From a virus, in IMG/VR virus record IMGVR_UViG_3300037258_000282, positions 1 to 64,000 of that record: a DNA stretch of 64,000 nucleotides; one strand, written 5' to 3'. Made by a program: the position numbers and the translations under genes. The notes under the pieces are model-generated. The model saw only the letters and a list, made by a program, of their open reading frames with translations, did not search any database and was not told where the DNA came from. Numbering within the stretch: the first letter of the stretch is position 1; every line of letters starts with the position of its first letter. Below, piece after piece: positions 26,769 to 35,888 of the stretch.

Positions 26769-27254
26769 TTAAATCATTTTCCTCTCTCCAAGGATCTCCT
26801 TAAGTCTGTCCGCTCCATAAGAAGCCGCATGAGCGTCAGGCTTTATCATGGGAATGATGTTAGTCATACCCCTGACGTACCCGATCGCCTCGTCTACTAT
26901 ACAAGACGACCCGAACATCTTTGAGCCGTTTATGTCCATATGTATCTCGGCGTGACGGTTTCCGATAGCGTCTGCGATGTCGATATACATCTGAGCCGAG
27001 AGCATCACCTCGCGCATGAGGCGAAGCTTAGGTCGATCTATTCGAGAGTCAAAGTCTCGCTCGGTCAATATGGTGCCGAATAACCTGCAGCCCTTGCATC
27101 CGTCGATATGCACGACGATCGCGGTCATGTAATCCGCGTACCAGACTCCCTTGTACTTATGTCTCTCAGAGTCTGTACCAACGTATATCTTGGTCTCGTC
27201 AGATGTCGAGGCGATATACTCACACGCCTCGTTGATGTCAAACTTTTTTTTCAT
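26769..27254 (-). CDS. RNase H-like YkuK family protein
   Basis: IYVGTDS, RL..EV, EIH.DIN, KPDA.AAS..AD. Confidence 0.8.
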   Translation of the reverse strand: MKKKFDINEACEYIASTSDETKIYVGTDSERHKYKGVWYADYMTAIVVHIDGCKGCRLFGTILTERDFDSRIDRPKLRLMREVMLSAQMYIDIADAIGNRHAEIHMDINGSKMFGSSCIVDEAIGYVRGMTNIIPMIKPDAHAASYGADRLKEILGERKMI

Positions 27255-27257
27255 ATG

Positions 27258-27794
27258 TTACTTCGCTGGCTGATCCGGGCCCCTATTAGTATAGTCTAGT
27301 ACCTGTCCGTTGTCTGTCGTCTCCGGTTTGACTCCATAGACTCTCTTCTGATAGTCTCCATTCCATGGATCGGCGTACATCCTGTCGTCGAGCCTCTTTT
27401 CTTCCAGATCGGTATCTGTTATGACTGCCGTAGCATTTTCAGCCTGCATGACGGCCTTTAGAGCGGCCTCTAGTTCTGGAGTCTTCACGTAGGAGTATAG
27501 GCGAAGAGTCGATCCGGTATTAACCAGCACGTATATACTATGATCATCTGCGTGCACACTTACGATCTGATATCCCTTCTCAGATGTGTCGTTCCAAAAT
27601 GGAAACTTTATATCTGGCTTAGGCATCCCATACATCTGACTAAGAAGCACGAAGAGAACGAGCATAAAGGCCGCGCAGGATGGAACTATCGTCACTCTGA
27701 ACCAAGACTCTATCCTAATCGCTAGAAACGCGAGAAAGAACACTATCGCGGTCATAATCAAGCAGTACGCGAATGAGATAGTAAAGAAGTTCAT
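27258..27794 (-). CDS. membrane protein (2 TM + periplasmic domain)
   Basis: hydrophobic N-terminus, GMPKP. Confidence 0.65.
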   Translation of the reverse strand: MNFFTISFAYCLIMTAIVFFLAFLAIRIESWFRVTIVPSCAAFMLVLFVLLSQMYGMPKPDIKFPFWNDTSEKGYQIVSVHADDHSIYVLVNTGSTLRLYSYVKTPELEAALKAVMQAENATAVITDTDLEEKRLDDRMYADPWNGDYQKRVYGVKPETTDNGQVLDYTNRGPDQPAK

Positions 27795-28456
27795 CGCAGC
27801 GATCCCCGAAGTGGCCTATATGCCGTGTTGACTGAATTTTGAATCAGGTGGTGGTCGGAGTCTATGACGAAGTCGAATACCGTAATCTCCTCGCCCTCAG
27901 TCTCCAGCTCGAACTCTTTAGTTATGATAGTCTTATCTGGAACTATATTCACGCTAGTGCCGGCACTATTAGCGAACTGCGAGAAGGTTATCGTCATCCT
28001 CGCCTTGATCGGCATCGGAACCGGAGGATGCGGCTTGTTCGTCGCGCTTATATCGTCGTTGTCGTGCTGCTTGAAGTATACGGCATTGAAGGTCCACTCT
28101 CCAGGAACTAACTCATTGGCGCACTGTATCTCATACATCATATGCGATGGATTGAGATGAAACCCGAGTATGTCTCTGAATAGGTGGAGGGTCTTACCGT
28201 GCATGTTGGTAAAGCCCACTGAACCACGATCGTCGGGGGACTTTCCCCAGAGGTCGAGGTCGACGTCCCTGTCATTAGGCCACGAGAGCTCCGCGCATAG
28301 CGTGCCGAGCACTCTCGCGTCCTTGGGAGTCGCGTGCGGAACGACCATCATGAGTACTAGAAGTATCACCATCATTCCGAGCACTGATATCAGCGTGTCC
28401 GATAAGACTACGCCAAACATCTCGGTGACGTCGCTCTTCGATCCTCTCTCTTTCAC
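27791..28456 (-). CDS. single-TM protein with Asp in the TM (ExbD/MotB-like anchor) + DVDLW periplasmic domain
   Basis: LSDTLISVLG TM; W...D.DLDLW motif. Confidence 0.65.
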   Translation of the reverse strand: MKERGSKSDVTEMFGVVLSDTLISVLGMMVILLVLMMVVPHATPKDARVLGTLCAELSWPNDRDVDLDLWGKSPDDRGSVGFTNMHGKTLHLFRDILGFHLNPSHMMYEIQCANELVPGEWTFNAVYFKQHDNDDISATNKPHPPVPMPIKARMTITFSQFANSAGTSVNIVPDKTIITKEFELETEGEEITVFDFVIDSDHHLIQNSVNTAYRPLRGSLR

Positions 28457-28462
28457 TGGCCC

Positions 28463-28906
28463 TCACTCCTCGGTCGTGATGGCGAACAGAAGAGTCTCTG
28501 TCCATATATAGCACACTATGCCGAGGATAGTAGTGTTGAATAGAGTCTTTAGCGACTGAAGGACGAATGGAATGGCCTTCGTGATGTCCGATAGGTCGGC
28601 GACTCCGAGATGAGCCACCGCGGAGGCCAGTCCTATCAAAGTTCCAATGATGCCCACGAACAGAAACTTCGGCGCGATAAACTCCATGTATCTGCTCCAC
28701 CTACTCTCGGCCGAACCCCAGTAGCCGATGTTTCGAGTCGCCGCGGCGACTGACATGCAGACAACTATGGTCATCATTCCCATCATCAGGAAAGAGACGT
28801 GAGAGACGTCGTTGATGAACAGAGGTTGAACTATACCGTAGATCGCTCCAAGACCAAACAGTGATAGCGATAGGGCGTTGATAAGTAATACTTTAACAGT
28901 TTTCAT
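28463..28906 (-). CDS. MotA/TolQ/ExbB proton-channel family protein
   Basis: GIIGTLIGL ... LFNTTILGI signature. Confidence 0.75.
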   Translation of the reverse strand: MKTVKVLLINALSLSLFGLGAIYGIVQPLFINDVSHVSFLMMGMMTIVVCMSVAAATRNIGYWGSAESRWSRYMEFIAPKFLFVGIIGTLIGLASAVAHLGVADLSDITKAIPFVLQSLKTLFNTTILGIVCYIWTETLLFAITTEE

Positions 28907-28919
28907 CCTGAAGTTTTCC

Positions 28920-29066
28920 TCATATACCGATCGCAGCGCACGCCAGGGCAGCTACTGCTAGAATCGCGGCTATTCCAAGTGCCATCAGAGACGCCTTATG
29001 GCTTCCCGCGCTGCATGAATACCGAACTAACGCTAGAGCTAATATGGCGAGTGTTATTCCTCTCAC
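28920..29066 (-). CDS. 48-aa hydrophobic two-TM peptide
   Basis: MRGITLAILALALV...AALACAAIGI; not in ORF track; behind a TTGACA promoter. Confidence 0.5.
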   Translation of the reverse strand: MRGITLAILALALVRYSCSAGSHKASLMALGIAAILAVAALACAAIGI

Positions 29067-29176
29067 CTCACTCTCCGCGGTTTCATATTATATCCAAGTG
29101 TCGACAATGTCAACATCAAGCACTCCAATCTAGTAGACTTATTTATATAAATAACCAAAAAGAGTGGAGAGTATCT

Positions 29177-29677
29177 ATGAAGTTAGCAGACGCCATGTCA
29201 AGCATCAAGTCTGGCGATATATTCGCATTCGCCAATGAGACTTCTGTCGTTGATAGACTCATATCTCTATGGACTCGCTCTCCGTACGATCACGTAGCGA
29301 TCGCGTACTGGAAGAGTGGAGTCCTGCAGTTGGCGCAGGCGACATACGGAGCTGGATGTACGTTAGTACCAGCCCAGCCATCTGCTATATCGAGCCATAC
29401 CGGTACGTGCTACTGGCTCGCCAATAATCTGGCCTGGAATGCCGCGGCAGACGCGGCGCTCAATGGTGCCATAGGACAGCCATACTCATTTCTCGCGGAG
29501 ATCGAAGTCGGTCTAGACCTGGAGCCGGCCGCGAACCAGTACATATGCTCGATCTATGCCGCCGACATCCTTACTCCCGCGGGTCTAACTATCTCTCGTC
29601 GCGGCTGCACTCCAGCCACCGTAGTGGCGGCGTGCCTAGGCCGTGGGTCAAAGATGACTCAGATCACTCAGTCGTGA
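29177..29677 (+). CDS. permuted papain-like NlpC/P60 (YiiX/YaeF-like) protein
   Basis: GDIF, SPYDHVAI, GQPY, YICS; late promoter TATAAATA at 29146-29153. Confidence 0.75.
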   Translation: MKLADAMSSIKSGDIFAFANETSVVDRLISLWTRSPYDHVAIAYWKSGVLQLAQATYGAGCTLVPAQPSAISSHTGTCYWLANNLAWNAAADAALNGAIGQPYSFLAEIEVGLDLEPAANQYICSIYAADILTPAGLTISRRGCTPATVVAACLGRGSKMTQITQS

Positions 29678-30168
29678 TCGTACTCTTCGGTCACGATACC
29701 ATCCCGAGTACATATGACTAGAACGCTGTCGCCGAACGCGCTCTCAAAGACTTCTGCCGGAACGAAGTGAATCATCTCGGTGATCTTCTGAACCTCAGCG
29801 CAGACTTCGTCGAACCTCGGATAGATAGTCTTATAGAGCTTAAATTTCTCAACCCTCTTCACGGCCCAGTCAGTACCCTTAGCCGCCTCGTCGCAGATCC
29901 ACTCGCCGAGATTCACAAATGGAAAATCAAAATCACCGGCTTCGTACTCAGCATCATCCAGATGCGAAAATTGGATGTCGCCGATTCCGAATACGCAAGT
30001 GTCGCCGTCATTGAAGTATGGTGTATACTGAGTCCACTTGACGGACTTTACCTCTGGAAAGTCTGTCAGAAACTTCACTATCCTCTCTCCAACGATAGCC
30101 TGAGCTTTCTCATTGAATCGCTCGCAAGCCTCCTTGTAGTCCTTTATAATATCGTAAAGTTCATTCAT
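29668..30168 (-). CDS. conserved phage hypothetical protein
   Basis: WTQYTPYFNDGD.C.F, FGD, EEYDHD. Confidence 0.75.
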   Translation of the reverse strand: MNELYDIIKDYKEACERFNEKAQAIVGERIVKFLTDFPEVKSVKWTQYTPYFNDGDTCVFGIGDIQFSHLDDAEYEAGDFDFPFVNLGEWICDEAAKGTDWAVKRVEKFKLYKTIYPRFDEVCAEVQKITEMIHFVPAEVFESAFGDSVLVICTRDGIVTEEYDHD

Positions 30169-30568
30169 CTTTCATTACCTCGTCAATAGTGTTACATGTT
30201 CCTGAGTCTCTACTCAACTTCTCATACGTTCTCTTACGTCGAGATCTCTGCGTGCCGGACATCCAGGGCTGAAGCTTCATATTATTCAAGTAGCTCTCAA
30301 GAGTAGGAATAAATCCAAGGTCCTCTATCACGTGATCCTCCGCGACCTGACGCGTAGAATACTGCTTATCTTGAGAGTTTATTCTCACCGATCCAAAGGC
30401 GCGCTCGACGACGAACACTCCGAACGCTGAGTGCAGCACCGCCCTATGCCTATGATCTGGAACGGCGGCCTTAGACGAGTCCATGAACTCGTGAATGTCG
30501 AGATAATCCTCCATGCGACCGCCGTACTTTCTGGCAGATGACTTAGAGTGAATATATGGATTCACCAC
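30161..30568 (-). CDS. conserved phage hypothetical protein (His-rich, possibly metal-binding)
   Basis: H..SS..KYGG...DY..IH..MD, HR..LH, E.HV.EDLG.IP. Confidence 0.75.
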   Translation of the reverse strand: MVNPYIHSKSSARKYGGRMEDYLDIHEFMDSSKAAVPDHRHRAVLHSAFGVFVVERAFGSVRINSQDKQYSTRQVAEDHVIEDLGFIPTLESYLNNMKLQPWMSGTQRSRRKRTYEKLSRDSGTCNTIDEVMKDE

Positions 30569-31621
30569 TCATTCTCCCTCTCCCAGGAGGAACTTGTTTG
30601 ATATCACCTTGAAAGACTGCGACGGACAATCTATGCTCTTAAACACCAGTCCCTCTGCTACGGGATGACTGATAGATACAGTTGAGTCTGCCTCATCGAG
30701 AAACGACTGGTGATCGCGATAGGAGCTTAGATATTGATGAAAGTGAAGTATCGGAACGTGCCTCATAGCGGCCCCGCGCTCCTCCAGAAGAGCCATAAAT
30801 GAGTATCTACTCACGGCGTCTAGATAACTCTGAGTAGATATGTCCCAAATATCGAACACGTAGAGCTCGTGATCGGAGAGTTTCTCACGGTTTCCCTGTA
30901 TCCCAGGACCCATTACCTCTCCCTGAACCGCGATGTCGCGCCCAATCGTCCCCAGAGCTTCTAAGAGTCCGGACTTTCTCACGACCTTCCATAATGTAGA
31001 ATCAGACTCTAGTAAGTCTAAGTTGCGCGAGCAGACGCCGACATTATCAGCATAATAGTACGCCGTGCATGAGGTCCCATCCAACTTGATCGAAACTTCA
31101 AATGGTCCCATCGAATACTTCGCGAGCTTCGAGTATACGTTCTGAATCCTCTCCTGGTCCGTCTTGGGAATGAAGGCTGGAAAGCTTCCTCGAGCTAGGC
31201 CGTTAAATTCTAGAGAGAGCGATCTCTCGTACTTCTGGACGCCGAGAGACTCAGTCAGGTCGTCTCCATAGACCTCCGCAATTACGTCTGGAAAATTTTC
31301 CCGGATATCGGAGAGTGGTACTATCAGCCCCTGAGACAGTTGTCCCCTGAGTCTTATCGTCTTGATGCGAAAACCGTCGCCAAGGTGGCGTGTAGACTTA
31401 AAGGAGGAGGGACGAAGAAACTCGAATAATGGATGGACTCGAATGAACGAGTCGATCTCGAAGTAAACGCAGAGATCACCCGCAAAGAAATTATTGCTCT
31501 TCTGAGTTACTACCTCCCAGCCGTCGTCGATCGTCGCGACCACTATGCGATCGGCTCCTGGGATCGGCTCGACGCTGGTTATTCGGCGGACTGACGCTAA
31601 CTTACGAGTCACTTCAGACAT
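30569..31621 (-). CDS. RNA ligase, DRB0094/Rnl2-like
   Basis: IPGADRI, YFEIDS, SQGL, KTD.ERIQN, KLDGTS, EGLVFK, FKVISN. Confidence 0.9.
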   Translation of the reverse strand: MSEVTRKLASVRRITSVEPIPGADRIVVATIDDGWEVVTQKSNNFFAGDLCVYFEIDSFIRVHPLFEFLRPSSFKSTRHLGDGFRIKTIRLRGQLSQGLIVPLSDIRENFPDVIAEVYGDDLTESLGVQKYERSLSLEFNGLARGSFPAFIPKTDQERIQNVYSKLAKYSMGPFEVSIKLDGTSCTAYYYADNVGVCSRNLDLLESDSTLWKVVRKSGLLEALGTIGRDIAVQGEVMGPGIQGNREKLSDHELYVFDIWDISTQSYLDAVSRYSFMALLEERGAAMRHVPILHFHQYLSSYRDHQSFLDEADSTVSISHPVAEGLVFKSIDCPSQSFKVISNKFLLGEGE

Positions 31622-31643
31622 AATAACAAACCATTTTATAGTT

Positions 31644-31717
31644 TGGAGCGGGCTACCGGAATCGAACCGGTTTAGTTAGCTTGGAAGGCTAATGATCAAC
31701 CAATAACCCAAACCCGC
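31644..31717 (-). tRNA. tRNA-Gly(TCC)
   Basis: cloverleaf, U73-CCA. Confidence 0.9.
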
Positions 31718-31730
31718 GTAGTTATATTTA

Positions 31731-31820
31731 TCACTTCTTGTTCGATCTGCGCTTCTTGCGCTTAGACGAACCTATCTTCCTGCGCCCCTTTCGTGGACGA
31801 TTCTTATGAGCATGAGGCAT
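31731..31820 (-). CDS. 29-aa Arg/Lys-rich peptide
   Basis: MPHAHKNRPRKGRRKIGSSKRKKRRSNKK. Confidence 0.6.
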   Translation of the reverse strand: MPHAHKNRPRKGRRKIGSSKRKKRRSNKK

Positions 31821-31841
31821 CGTTAAACTCTTTCAATAATG

Positions 31842-31918
31842 TGGTGCCCGGAGTGGGACTCGAACCCACACTGTGCGGGGTTTAAATCCGCTGACACTAC
31901 CAATTGGCCTATCCGGGC
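31842..31918 (-). tRNA. tRNA-Leu(TAA), short variable arm
   Basis: cloverleaf, A-CCA. Confidence 0.8.
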
Positions 31919-31957
31919 TTATCGCTTTAACTAGGTCTTAAGTTCAATGCTAGCCTG

Positions 31958-32194
31958 TCATCTGCGTTTCCACTCGCGTATCACTCTAACTATATCTTTA
32001 GGAGAGACCATCTCGCACTTAGCCTCAATCTCACTGACTCTACTCTTGGGAATATCGTAGTGTGGAAACCCCGGTGTGTTATGAAACCAACACCTCTTGA
32101 TGCTGAGATCGTGGGCCATCTTAGTCAAGTTCTCAAAGGAGAACGGGACGCATATTAGATGTCTCCGACCATCAGTGAGATATCGCAATGTCAT
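31958..32194 (-). CDS. DUF4031-like protein
   Basis: RHL...L..MA..L.I.R.WF...PHYDI. Confidence 0.65.
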   Translation of the reverse strand: MTLRYLTDGRRHLICVPFSFENLTKMAHDLSIKRCWFHNTPGFPHYDIPKSRVSEIEAKCEMVSPKDIVRVIREWKRR

Positions 32195-32360
32195 AGGCGA
32201 ATACTATAACGCTTCGGATGATCTGTCAACTGCCTATATGTGAAATATCTTCCCGCATCTGACGCACTTCAATTTAGAGAAGTGACAGGGATACCGATCC
32301 GCAGAGTCATGATAATCGTGATAGTCGTGAACGTCGTCGGACATCTCGCACACCATAGCT

Positions 32361-32834
32361 TCAGAGAGCCTCAGGTATGCCAGCATCGATCCCGTCGGCT
32401 TGCGTAGGTCCGACCGGCTCAAGTGCTTTCCATTGAGCCAGGTCTCTAATCTGGCTCTTACGTACTCTAGCGAGGATCCAAGAATTGTAGTAAGAGTCAC
32501 TCTCTAGTACTCTCCTGTCAACTTGCTCGCACAACTCGAGGTAAGTGGCAGCACTCTTGGATGCGCAAAGGTGCAGCACCTGTCGAAGAAAAATACCGCG
32601 GCCAAAAACTTCAACATCTCTCAGTAACTCCTCGTTGGACCCATAGTAGTCCTTCCAGTCGGACTCTACCTTATATCTCTTTTTCTTCTTCTTGACCATC
32701 TTGGTCTTAGAGAAGAAAAAGCTTTTCTTCCCGATGTACATTCTACCCGTTCTAGAGTTAGTTATCAGGTATACGAAGCTGACTGCTCCATATGGAACCT
32801 CCTCGAGTGGAGTTCCACTATACGTCCACGACAT
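32361..32834 (-). CDS. GIY-YIG family nuclease
   Basis: FVYLITN...YIGKK, W..YYGS, YYN. Confidence 0.8.
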   Translation of the reverse strand: MSWTYSGTPLEEVPYGAVSFVYLITNSRTGRMYIGKKSFFFSKTKMVKKKKKRYKVESDWKDYYGSNEELLRDVEVFGRGIFLRQVLHLCASKSAATYLELCEQVDRRVLESDSYYNSWILARVRKSQIRDLAQWKALEPVGPTQADGIDAGIPEAL

Positions 32835-32888
32835 CTCAAGATATTCCCCACGGGTATAACGAATCATTATACCCGATAGGAATATTTA

Positions 32889-33095
32889 TCAGCTATCCGG
32901 ATGAACCTCGTAGTAAGCTTCGTCGAACGCCGGAGACCAGCTGCCGACGCATTCGTCTAGACCATCCGCGTCGTAGTTCTCAAACGCCTTGATGACTTCA
33001 GTATATAGGTTTACTCTCTCATCGTACTTGGAGATAGTCTCATCGATGATCTGAATAAGTTCTTCTATGAGAGTCGAACCAGAAGACCAACCCAT
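32889..33095 (-). CDS. hypothetical protein
   Basis: MGWSSG start, acidic. Confidence 0.6.
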   Translation of the reverse strand: MGWSSGSTLIEELIQIIDETISKYDERVNLYTEVIKAFENYDADGLDECVGSWSPAFDEAYYEVHPDS

Positions 33096-33231
33096 TACTG
33101 CGCGAACCTCTCTTCTTGAGTTAGACTGATCCAGTAGTTCCAGGAGACCTCGTCGCCACTTGAGAGAACTACTACGTACTCTCCATCTCTATACCGAACG
33201 TTGGCGACGTGAACTCTACTCTTCCTGTCTA

Positions 33232-35193
33232 TCATACCTCGCATCCTCCAGCTCCCGTGCAGGCCAGCTCATGTGATGATGTAGTAGTGTCCTCTAACTC
33301 ATACTCTGGGAGCTTCTTCCAGTCTATCTTCTCGGGCATCTGAGCTACTAGTTGGTCGTATTCTTCACGCGAGCACGCCGAGAATGGAGCCTGTCGATAC
33401 GTGTGCCCGTCCTCTTCCGCGGGAAGGAACGACACTCCAGAGAGCCACTCGAAGTTCTCATAGCACCAGGCTCCAACCGCGAGCCACTCACTCTCTCGAA
33501 CCGACACTGTGATAGACGGCTTGTGCTCGCACCAATACTTCTGATATATCAACCAGAGCTCGAGATGGCTGATGGCGTCGACATCGCTCTTAAATATTGA
33601 GTCACAAGGTGATTTCAGTGGAAACTTAAACACCACGTTTCTCTGGTTATAGAAGTCTATCTCATGTGGAACACCCGCGTCGATCATGAACTTAGTTACT
33701 GGATCGTTGGTCGAGTTTCTAACGTGCCTGATGTAGAACGCCGAGTGCGCCGGATGAATTCCAGAAGAAGTTCCATTCAGAGCAGAGGAAGTTCCAGATG
33801 GCTTGACGCACGTTATAGCCACAGAAGAGTTGATGCCTATCTTAGAAGCTAGTTCCCTGTTGACTACTATCGCCCCACGCTTAAGTCTCGTGAGCAGACT
33901 CACGAGAGCGGGCCTAGGCCCGTATCCATTAGTTAGAATATTGTCGAATATTCCCGTGAGAGATACTCCGAGAAGTCGCTCATCCTCGCAGTTTCGCTGC
34001 CACTTCTTGTTGATGAAGCGAAAGTTAGAGAGACACGCCTGAAACGTTCCTAATATCGTAGCTATCCTGATCTTTCTAACCAGCGACTCTTCCGTGTCAT
34101 CTGGACGAATTATCACCTCAGTTAGGTTACAGAATTCTAATTCCCTCAAGATTATCTCGACGCAAGGATTTGTCCCAAATTCATGATCTGGATCTCTGAG
34201 CCTATAGAGCTCTTCTCCAGCATCTTGGTTTAGTAACTTCCTAAAGTCATTAGCGTTATTAATCACGGTTCTCATGGCTGGTCTAGAGATTATACCCCGC
34301 TCACCGGACTTAGACTCATAGAGTGAGATCCACTCTCGCATGAACGTCCCAATGTCTGGCTTTGATTCGTAGACCGCCGAGTTATTGGAGAGAGATCTCT
34401 GGTTATCCTTTACCCACCACTGTCCCTTCTTACAGTCTCTCATCCTATCATCCGAGAGATCGGACAGGGATATGAGGGCCGATCTCCTGACTCCACCTAC
34501 GACGACGATCTCGGCGATCTTACACACTAAGTCGTGACACTCTATCGTCGATAGCTTCCTTCCGGCGGCGCGGCGAAAGAGGGCGGCGGAGAACGTCAGT
34601 AGGTCGACGAGAGGATCTGGTCCCGACGCTCGACCACCGAAGATCTTCAGCTTAGCTCCCATCGGTCGTATCTTCGACACGTCGTACTTGGGTATCTGAC
34701 CTACGGCCAGCAGCGACATCCACTCACGAAAGCCCTTGGCCCATCCAGTTCTAGAGTCCTCAAACACTATCACGGTATCTGACTCGTAGAATTCATCTGG
34801 AAGAGTGGGAAGCTTTGAGATGTACTGCTTCTCAACCGAGAAGCCCATGCCTGAGCCAAGCATGAGAGTGTAGAGAGTCTCGTCGAACGACCTCAGCGAG
34901 TCGATTGGAATATACGCGCAGTTGAAAATAGCGCCCGGGTCTCTCTTTAGAGCCGGCCCTGCCGTCATGAGTCCACGCATGGACGGCATCCCCTCGTGAT
35001 CTAGGACAGCCTGCTCGAGTTCGGGCCTATAGCTTGAGAAATCAAAGGCATACTCCTCTCGCATGAACGACTCCATAAAGTCGAAGTAGCGAGCGACAGT
35101 CTCGGGCCAAGTCTCTCTCCTCTTCTCACGGTCGAGATACTTAGCGTATCTCGACACGTAGATGAACTGCTGATAGACTGAGTCCTCGTACAT
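33232..35193 (-). CDS. nrdJ: class II (adenosylcobalamin-dependent) ribonucleotide reductase
   Basis: RRETW.ETV.R, PSMR, FNC, GGVRRSA, TNPCVEI, VKPSGT, C-terminal C....CE; AAGGAG RBS before ATG 35193. Confidence 0.92.
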   Translation of the reverse strand: MYEDSVYQQFIYVSRYAKYLDREKRRETWPETVARYFDFMESFMREEYAFDFSSYRPELEQAVLDHEGMPSMRGLMTAGPALKRDPGAIFNCAYIPIDSLRSFDETLYTLMLGSGMGFSVEKQYISKLPTLPDEFYESDTVIVFEDSRTGWAKGFREWMSLLAVGQIPKYDVSKIRPMGAKLKIFGGRASGPDPLVDLLTFSAALFRRAAGRKLSTIECHDLVCKIAEIVVVGGVRRSALISLSDLSDDRMRDCKKGQWWVKDNQRSLSNNSAVYESKPDIGTFMREWISLYESKSGERGIISRPAMRTVINNANDFRKLLNQDAGEELYRLRDPDHEFGTNPCVEIILRELEFCNLTEVIIRPDDTEESLVRKIRIATILGTFQACLSNFRFINKKWQRNCEDERLLGVSLTGIFDNILTNGYGPRPALVSLLTRLKRGAIVVNRELASKIGINSSVAITCVKPSGTSSALNGTSSGIHPAHSAFYIRHVRNSTNDPVTKFMIDAGVPHEIDFYNQRNVVFKFPLKSPCDSIFKSDVDAISHLELWLIYQKYWCEHKPSITVSVRESEWLAVGAWCYENFEWLSGVSFLPAEEDGHTYRQAPFSACSREEYDQLVAQMPEKIDWKKLPEYELEDTTTSSHELACTGAGGCEV

Positions 35194-35392
35194 ATCTTCT
35201 CCTTGAAAAATAAAATAAGCGCGACTGAGACGATGCAATCGTGTCTGTCGGGCGCGGAAATCTATATTATGATTGTATTACAGTGGAAACATTAATGGGA
35301 TGGGCCCACGTCAGGAGAAGAGACGCAACCATCGGAACTTTACTGAGTGCCCTCACTGCGATCCTCTTTCTTCTCTCGATCTCTAAGACTCA

Positions 35393-35695
35393 CTATTTAT
35401 AGTCTGGGGTGAACTCTTCCATCGGAACTATGGTAGTCACAGCTCCGTGGCTGGAGATCGTGATATCTAGTATGATTCTTAACTCCGGAATGAACAAATC
35501 TGCCCGAAGTTCATTGCGATCGATCACTTCTGGAGGATTATTTGTCTCATCGCACACTACTTTATAACCAAATACTTCAAGCAAATTATTCGAAATTTTT
35601 TTTCTCGTGATCGAATCATTTAGCTCGCCGTATGACATATCAAGTATCTCGTCAGCCGACTTCTGAATGATAGACATCATGATATCACTTACCAA
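35393..35695 (-). CDS. small protein containing a tail-sheath (gp18) C-terminal motif
   Basis: YKVVCDETNNPPEVIDRNELRADLFI. Confidence 0.6.
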   Translation of the reverse strand: MVSDIMMSIIQKSADEILDMSYGELNDSITRKKISNNLLEVFGYKVVCDETNNPPEVIDRNELRADLFIPELRIILDITISSHGAVTTIVPMEEFTPDYK

Positions 35696-35888
35696 TTTCT
35701 ACTCCACATTAACATAGCCTAAAAACGGGCCGCCATATATACACCTGACTCTCGCGTCTCTCAATGTCTCGAGCCAACATCTCTGACAGATCGCGCACTT
35801 TCCAGATTCTAAAGCTTGCTTGGTGACTTTGTCGACTACTCTTACTCGCGGATCGTCAAAAGTGAAGTCAACTTCTATTCCATCAAAC

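Noticed and set aside
35230-35350. Canonical cobalamin riboswitch before nrdJ
   Set aside because: Only CCACTGTAA resembles the consensus, and the GGGAA/B12-box elements were not found. Kept only as an unassigned leader.
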